Below, piece by piece: positions 60,101-64,000 of a stretch of DNA of 64,000 nucleotides. The translations under genes were made by a program, and so were the position numbers. This stretch comes from Mytilus californianus (Eukaryota), in contig NW_026262581.1 in NCBI RefSeq assembly GCF_021869535.1, forward strand, positions 12,586,001 to 12,650,000, written 5' to 3'. The notes under the pieces are model-generated. The model did no database searches. It was not told the origin of the DNA and saw nothing but the letters and a program-made list of their open reading frames with translations. The number at the start of each line of letters is the position of its first letter. The first letter of the stretch is position 1.

Positions 60101-62560
60101 AAAAACAGTCCTTTTACTGATTTGACTATCTATTGTAGGTGGTGTGTTTTCACCATTAGCTGATGGAGATAGTATAAGTAGAAGATATGGTGACAAAATA
60201 AAAATCTCGCCACTTGTTACAAATTCCTCTCCTGCAGTGACCAGACGTGGTGAGAACATGTCTTCCAATGTTTATCCTCAATTCAATGGTGTAAGTATAT
60301 GCAACTTTTTTTTAAAATATAATTCATATTTTTTTCTTCAAATTTCACTTTAAGAGCATTAATTTAGGCATATGAAATAAGGATGCAATGCATTTTTAAT
60401 TTAGTATTGAATCTGTGCATTGCTTTATTTTATAGGCAAAAGCTTTCTTTTCATGAGAATTCATCATAAAAAATTGTCTTTGTAAAGACAAAGAATCTAA
60501 TAAAAAAACAAAGGATATGGGTATCCATCCATGACACAAAATCAGTACAGGCACAGCAAAAACATAAAAAGCAAAGGAACAGCGCTTTTAATGGTGTTCT
60601 CCATCTCAAAGTCACAGTGAGGCCTTCAACACGGAGCAAGTTTTAGACGGCCCCTTGCACCGGCTTGAGTAAAATTCTTTGCAAAAATAATTTGGATAGA
60701 CTTTGTAAGATGTAACACCACCAAATTGGGCCTGGTCAAAAAAGAACATACTGGAAAGTAGTACATATTTAAAACAAAATAGTTTCTACGCATAGGTGTT
60801 AATATAAAACTATGAAGAATATATTTTAGTAATTAGGATATTAGATGAAAGGTGAAGTGGTGATCCTTGTAAAACACATATTGACTGATGATTTAGAATA
60901 AGACAAAAATGTATGAATGAATTCTAATATTGAGGGCATATATTGCCTGTTTCTCAGATATGAAGTACCTGGTTTGGTGTATCCAAAATTCCAGTAACCA
61001 GTACGGTCTGATGTATAAATGATGGTATATTGACACTTTCATATCAAATTTTTAAAACATTCTGTGAGTATAGTGGTAAAAAAATACATGCATCAATAGT
61101 GATAGCTGCTCCAAGACCAATGGTTGTTTGAAAGATCATTTTGTATCTCAAGAATGTGACCACAGATCATGGAAAGGATTGATAGGGAAATAGATACTTT
61201 TGTCCTTTCTGAGTTCTTCATAAGTGTTTTGTAATGATGAAAAAAAAAGGAATCATGTTGAAATGCTTGAAATTGAAAAGAAATGATATGAATGCATGAT
61301 AAGTTAGAGAGGTATAAATATAGAGAGGGATGTTGAGAAGCAGACATTAATATTTGGTTTCCACATGAAAATGAAGAATATTCTGTTTTTTACAGACAAA
61401 AAAGCTTTCATTTTTATATGATTGATGTGCAATAATCTCATAGAAATACAGTTAAATGCTTAAGAATGTTCAGAACTTTTAACAGAAATGAAAGGTCCCA
61501 ACAATTATCTGATATGCATCCTATAATTAAAATCATTTTTTATAAGAAAATGAATTAAATATATTTCAGGAAAGCCATAATGATGTAGCAGTGAGACAGA
61601 ATTTAAAATATAATGATTCCTACCATAGAGGAGAAAGTGATGGACAGCCTTTCTCAAAGGCTAGAAATACATCAGATAGGCCAGAATTTGATAGAGTACA
61701 ACATTCAACTGACTCCCGGAATTCTAACTTCTCTAATAATATGTCAAATCACAAAATTCATCCAGCTGGCACTTCTTATAGCGGTGAGAAAGTATTTCAC
61801 TTTCAATTATTATACATTTATTATAAGATTTGATGACCAGGAAAAAAATTCAGTGCTTGCATGGGTGTTTTTTTTTTTTTTTAGACAAGCTGTTCTGAAA
61901 GATGATATACACATCATGTGGTTTTGAACCTTACTGGCAAGTAAATAATAAAAAAAGGAGGCACGAATTTAATATAGTAAATATGAATGATACTTGCAGT
62001 AAGTGATTTTTAGTATTAAAATGAATAACATAATTTTTCTTTATCTGAAAAAGCAAACCAATTTTTTTATGTGTTATCTCCCTTTGATTGTAAGCATTGT
62101 TGCTTATTTCTGTTTATTTTCAGAAATTACTCAGCAATCACCTCAGCCTACAGGACATAGTCCTAACCAGTCCCCTAGTCTTAGACCGCAATCAATTCAT
62201 AGAACTGAATCCACTTATTCACAAGGCTTCACAGCAGATTCTTCAGGGAGTGTTTCTCAGAGTTTTTCTGCATCTAAGAAGCTAGATGACTCTCCCAGTG
62301 GAAGTGCAGGAGGTCAAGGCCATTCTCCAATAAGAACTTCTGGAACACCAGAAGGTGCTCATGCTGTGTCTTTAACTTCTAATGGTGCTATTAGACGTTC
62401 TCAGGAAATCAGTGCTTCTGATGGACCTTTGCCACAAAACTTTCAAACTCAATTTATACGCAATATGATAGAAGATTCGATGGAGGAATTTAAAGAACAA
62501 ATTCATAACCAATACTTGAATCTGCATCTCGAAATGATCAGACAGTTTCAGATACAACAG
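46016..62560 (+). CDS. NEDD1: NEDD1 / GCP-WD gamma-tubulin ring complex targeting factor (WD40 propeller + C-terminal helical region); 12 exons seen, 3' end outside the window
   Basis: Exons 46016-46163, 48367-48461, 49115-49231, 51645-51785, 53051-53280, 53959-54151, 54725-54824, 56067-56144, 59786-59878, 60139-60290, 61570-61783, 62124-62560 are phase-consistent (1998 nt). Motifs: ATCGDDIKVWD, DHKGPVTC, KSLLGSVSDDGAVNLWD, SVGLDKRIVCYD, GSTRGIIYIYDLR, AHKSSVQ, and C-terminal FIRNMIEDSMEEFKEQIHNQYLNLHLEMIRQFQIQQ typical of NEDD1. Confidence 0.95.
46164..48366 (+). other. U12-type (minor spliceosome) GT-AG intron, NEDD1 intron 1
   Basis: 5' site GTATCCTTAA; branch site TCCTTAAC at 48349-48356, just upstream of the CAG acceptor (48364-48366); no polypyrimidine tract. 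Confidence 0.9.
47110..47640 (-). mobile_element. Probable DNA-transposon relic with an ORF start (MADRQISMFSLINRGKRKADDDGDKEN...) inside the NEDD1 U12 intron
   Basis: AAAATGGCGG start, basic/acidic N-terminus, continues after a frameshift (NLSNEWLAVIAEEQFNF); family not identified. Confidence 0.4.
48367..48461 (+). CDS. NEDD1: NEDD1 exon 2
   Basis: (N)LLLCSASSKSDKICFTAVKDTAVTVTEFDSS; U12 branch site upstream; GTAAGT donor. Confidence 0.9.
49115..49231 (+). CDS. NEDD1: NEDD1 exon 3
   Basis: AGSLCVDFNSTSSYLLVGGTDNCINVWDLKSRKIKKQYK; TTTTTTCAG acceptor, AG|GTAAGA donor. Confidence 0.93.
51645..51785 (+). CDS. NEDD1: NEDD1 exon 4
   Basis: DHKGPVTCAQFNCNDTYIASGSETGEIILFNVVTGQGCSPMVAPKCQ. Confidence 0.95.
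52294..52948 (+). mobile_element. HINE-type element with about 3.5 internal units of about 155 bp (NEDD1 intron 4)
   Basis: TTTTTACC...CGTCCGTCGGTCGTC start; repeated GAAACTTTGGTGAA...TAAATTTTAGATTTT unit; 3' GTGCTAATGGCGC hairpin then CTGTT. Confidence 0.65.
53051..53280 (+). CDS. NEDD1: NEDD1 exon 5
   Basis: TVRQIQYSKFRKSLLGSVSDDGAVNLWD...SVGLDKRIVCYDTQGK. Confidence 0.95.
53959..54151 (+). CDS. NEDD1: NEDD1 exon 6
   Basis: PVKTMTAENPLTSIDVMSDGATVAVGSTRGIIYIYDLRHGNAPMKIINAHKSSVQNVKFQHGLI. Confidence 0.95.
54725..54824 (+). CDS. NEDD1: NEDD1 exon 7
   Basis: HEPSGAKSASSSAISPNRRQLPSAPSGKTGHNK; TTTTTTTCCAG acceptor, AAG|GTAATA donor; phases 0/1 fit neighbours. Confidence 0.85.
54797..55205 (+). 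repeat. About 62-bp tandem repeat derived from the NEDD1 exon 7/intron 7 junction
   Basis: CTTCAGGGAA..GGACATA.TAAG|GTAA recurs with GT at 54825, 54887, 54950, 55012, 55074, 55132. Confidence 0.9.
56067..56144 (+). CDS. NEDD1: NEDD1 exon 8
   Basis: (D)FSEHNNINNHSDGAAEEDVFSPVRN; contains the DVFSP motif; phases 1/1. Confidence 0.85.
56610..58690 (+). mobile_element. Second copy of the Kolobok-like MITE, split by a HINE insertion (NEDD1 intron 8)
   Basis: Same TIRs and TTAA flanks; 56610-57140 and 58562-58690 align colinearly with 26156-26842. Confidence 0.85.
57141..58561 (+). mobile_element. Helentron-associated non-autonomous element (HINE/DINE-1-like) with about 8 internal 168-bp tandem units
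   Basis: Subterminal IR ATACCCCACG / CGTGGGGTAT, 5' stem-loop, 3' hairpin GTGAGCGTGCTCAC, T-rich ends without a TSD; unit marker GTAGATGTGC at 57271, 57438, 57606, 57774, 57941, 58109, 58277, 58445. Confidence 0.85.
59786..59878 (+). CDS. NEDD1: NEDD1 exon 9
   Basis: (E)FGNNSADFRTDTVRSDSMFNTHSYHSNDSS; strong T-rich acceptor, AG|GTATTT donor; phases 1/1. Confidence 0.8.
60139..60290 (+). CDS. NEDD1: NEDD1 exon 10
   Basis: GGVFSPLADGDSISRRYGDKIKISPLVTNSSPAVTRRGENMSSNVYPQFNG; GTAAGT donor. Confidence 0.85.
61570..61783 (+). CDS. NEDD1: NEDD1 exon 11
   Basis: ESHNDVAVRQNLKYNDSYHRGESDGQPFSK...HPAGTSYS; G|GTGAGA donor. Confidence 0.85.
62124..62560 (+). CDS. NEDD1: NEDD1 exon 12 (S-rich linker and start of gamma-tubulin-binding helical region)
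   Basis: EITQQSPQPTGH...PLPQNFQTQFIRNMIEDSMEEFKEQIHNQYLNLHLEMIRQFQIQQ; CAG|GTATAC donor. Confidence 0.93.
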
Positions 62561-62597
62561 GTATACATAAGAATATTTTATGAATCTTACCTATGTT

Positions 62598-63560
62598 TTT
62601 TTAGCTCACCTGGCCAAAAGGCCAAGTAAGCTTTTCTCATCAGTTGGCGTCCATTGTCCGTCATCATCTGTTTAATTTTACAAAAATCTTCTTTGAAATA
62701 ACAGGGCCAAATTTAACCAAATTTGGCCACAATCATCATTGGGGTATCTAGTTTTAAAAGAATGTGTCCGATGACCCCACCTGCCAACCAAGATGGCCGA
62801 CATTGCTTAAAATAAAACATAGGGGGGTAAAATGGAAGTTTTTTCTATTATTTTGAAAACCGATATAAATAGAGAAAATCTGTCGTAGCAAAAATATTTA
62901 GAATGTTGAGCTCTACCTATTTTCTATTTTGTCAGAACTATTAGACGAATTATTATAGGCGTTATTGCCCCCTTAAATGACATTTTTTAGATTTGTTTGC
63001 CTATTATCTCGAAAATTATGATAGATAGACAGAAACTTTATTTAGCAAAAATGATCAGCAAGACAAGATCTGCAAATAAGTGAACATGACCAAAATCGTC
63101 AGACAAATCTTTATTAAAAGTTATTGCCCTTAAATAATGATTTTTACCAATTTTTTGCGTTATTGCCTAATATCTTAAAAACTATACTTGATAGATAGAA
63201 TCTTTAAAAAACATAAATGATCATGACGACAGGATCAACAAAAATATCAACAATGGGAGACTCCTTATTAGAATTGTTACCCTTTAATGACGATTTTTAC
63301 CGATTTTTTGCATTTTGGCTAATATCTTAAAAACTATGATAGATAGATACAAACTTTTATAAGCAAAAATTATCAGCAAGACAGGATCTACAAATAAGTT
63401 GTCATGACCGAAATCATTAATCGGCTACTTATTGATGTTATTGCCCTTTAATGACAATTTTTTTCCATTTTTGCCTATTATCTTGAAAAATGTAATAGAT
63501 AGATAGAAATTTTTAATAGCACAAATGATCAGAAAAACAAGATCTACAAATAAGCCATTA
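62598..63560 (+). mobile_element. HINE-type element starting about 40 nt after the NEDD1 exon 12 donor, with degenerate internal repeats
   Basis: TTTTAGCTCACCTGGCCAAAAGGCCAAGTAAGCT 5' hairpin; recurring GATAGATAGA...AAATGATCAG...ACAAGATCT units. Confidence 0.7.
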
Positions 63561-64000
63561 TTTTTTTTGTGTATAAAACAAATGTTTCTGTTTCCAATAT
63601 TCCTTTTGATATCAACAGTCTAAAGTAAAGTGATCACTGGCCTGACATTTCCCGATTGGGAATAACAGTATTGCATAAATCAATTACTGATCGTTATTAC
63701 ATGAAGTACATTCATTGCTAGCCATATGATGCATTTAGAGGTATCATATCACTTGTCTGATAATGCCATTTGGGAAAATCATTCTGAAGCACACTAACAA
63801 CTGGTTTTAGTCTACAGTGACTTAATAAAAGTCCATGAGCAGTCATATCAACTAAGGAATTAAAACAATGAACTGTTTCTAACAATAGATGTTCCTGAGT
63901 GATGTCTGTTGAAGTAAAAGATTGAAATAAGTACTCTTAAAAATTAACATCTTGTTGGATATCCCCTGGAATTTGATTATTTCAACTTTTAATTAACTCA

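Overview
AT-rich, intron- and repeat-rich animal genomic DNA. The dispersed repeat families look like those I recognise from mussels (Mytilus-like bivalve); this taxonomic call is an inference. Two well-supported genes lie head-to-head, 371 bp apart ATG-to-ATG. MBD4 (MBD4/MeCP2-type methyl-CpG-binding DNA glycosylase) is on the minus strand with 8 coding exons (45644 down to 29726, 838 aa by my exon assembly). NEDD1 (WD40 gamma-TuRC adaptor) is on the plus strand with 12 exons seen (46016-62560, 666 codons, 3' end beyond the window); its first intron is a minor-spliceosome (U12) intron. A probable two-exon orphan gene lies at 14780-17012 (+). The rest is mobile DNA: a decayed Ty3/Gypsy element, a Penelope-like (Naiad-type) RT fragment plus 3' tails, hammerhead-ribozyme-bearing repeats, Helentron-type HINEs with internal tandem arrays, Kolobok- and Sola-like MITEs, SINE fragments and minisatellites. 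Most worth follow-up: (1) a type I hammerhead ribozyme with all core nucleotides intact at 24510-24553; (2) a multi-stem RNA structure with apparent covariation in the 3' tail of the Penelope-like element; (3) tandem duplications that copy real 5' splice sites just downstream of NEDD1 exon 7 and MBD4 exon 2; (4) a candidate cassette exon that would remove the MBD4 catalytic Asp. All coordinates were read by hand; repeat boundaries are approximate unless TSD/TIR positions are quoted. I saw no prokaryotic-type system, CRISPR array, rRNA or intact tRNA gene.
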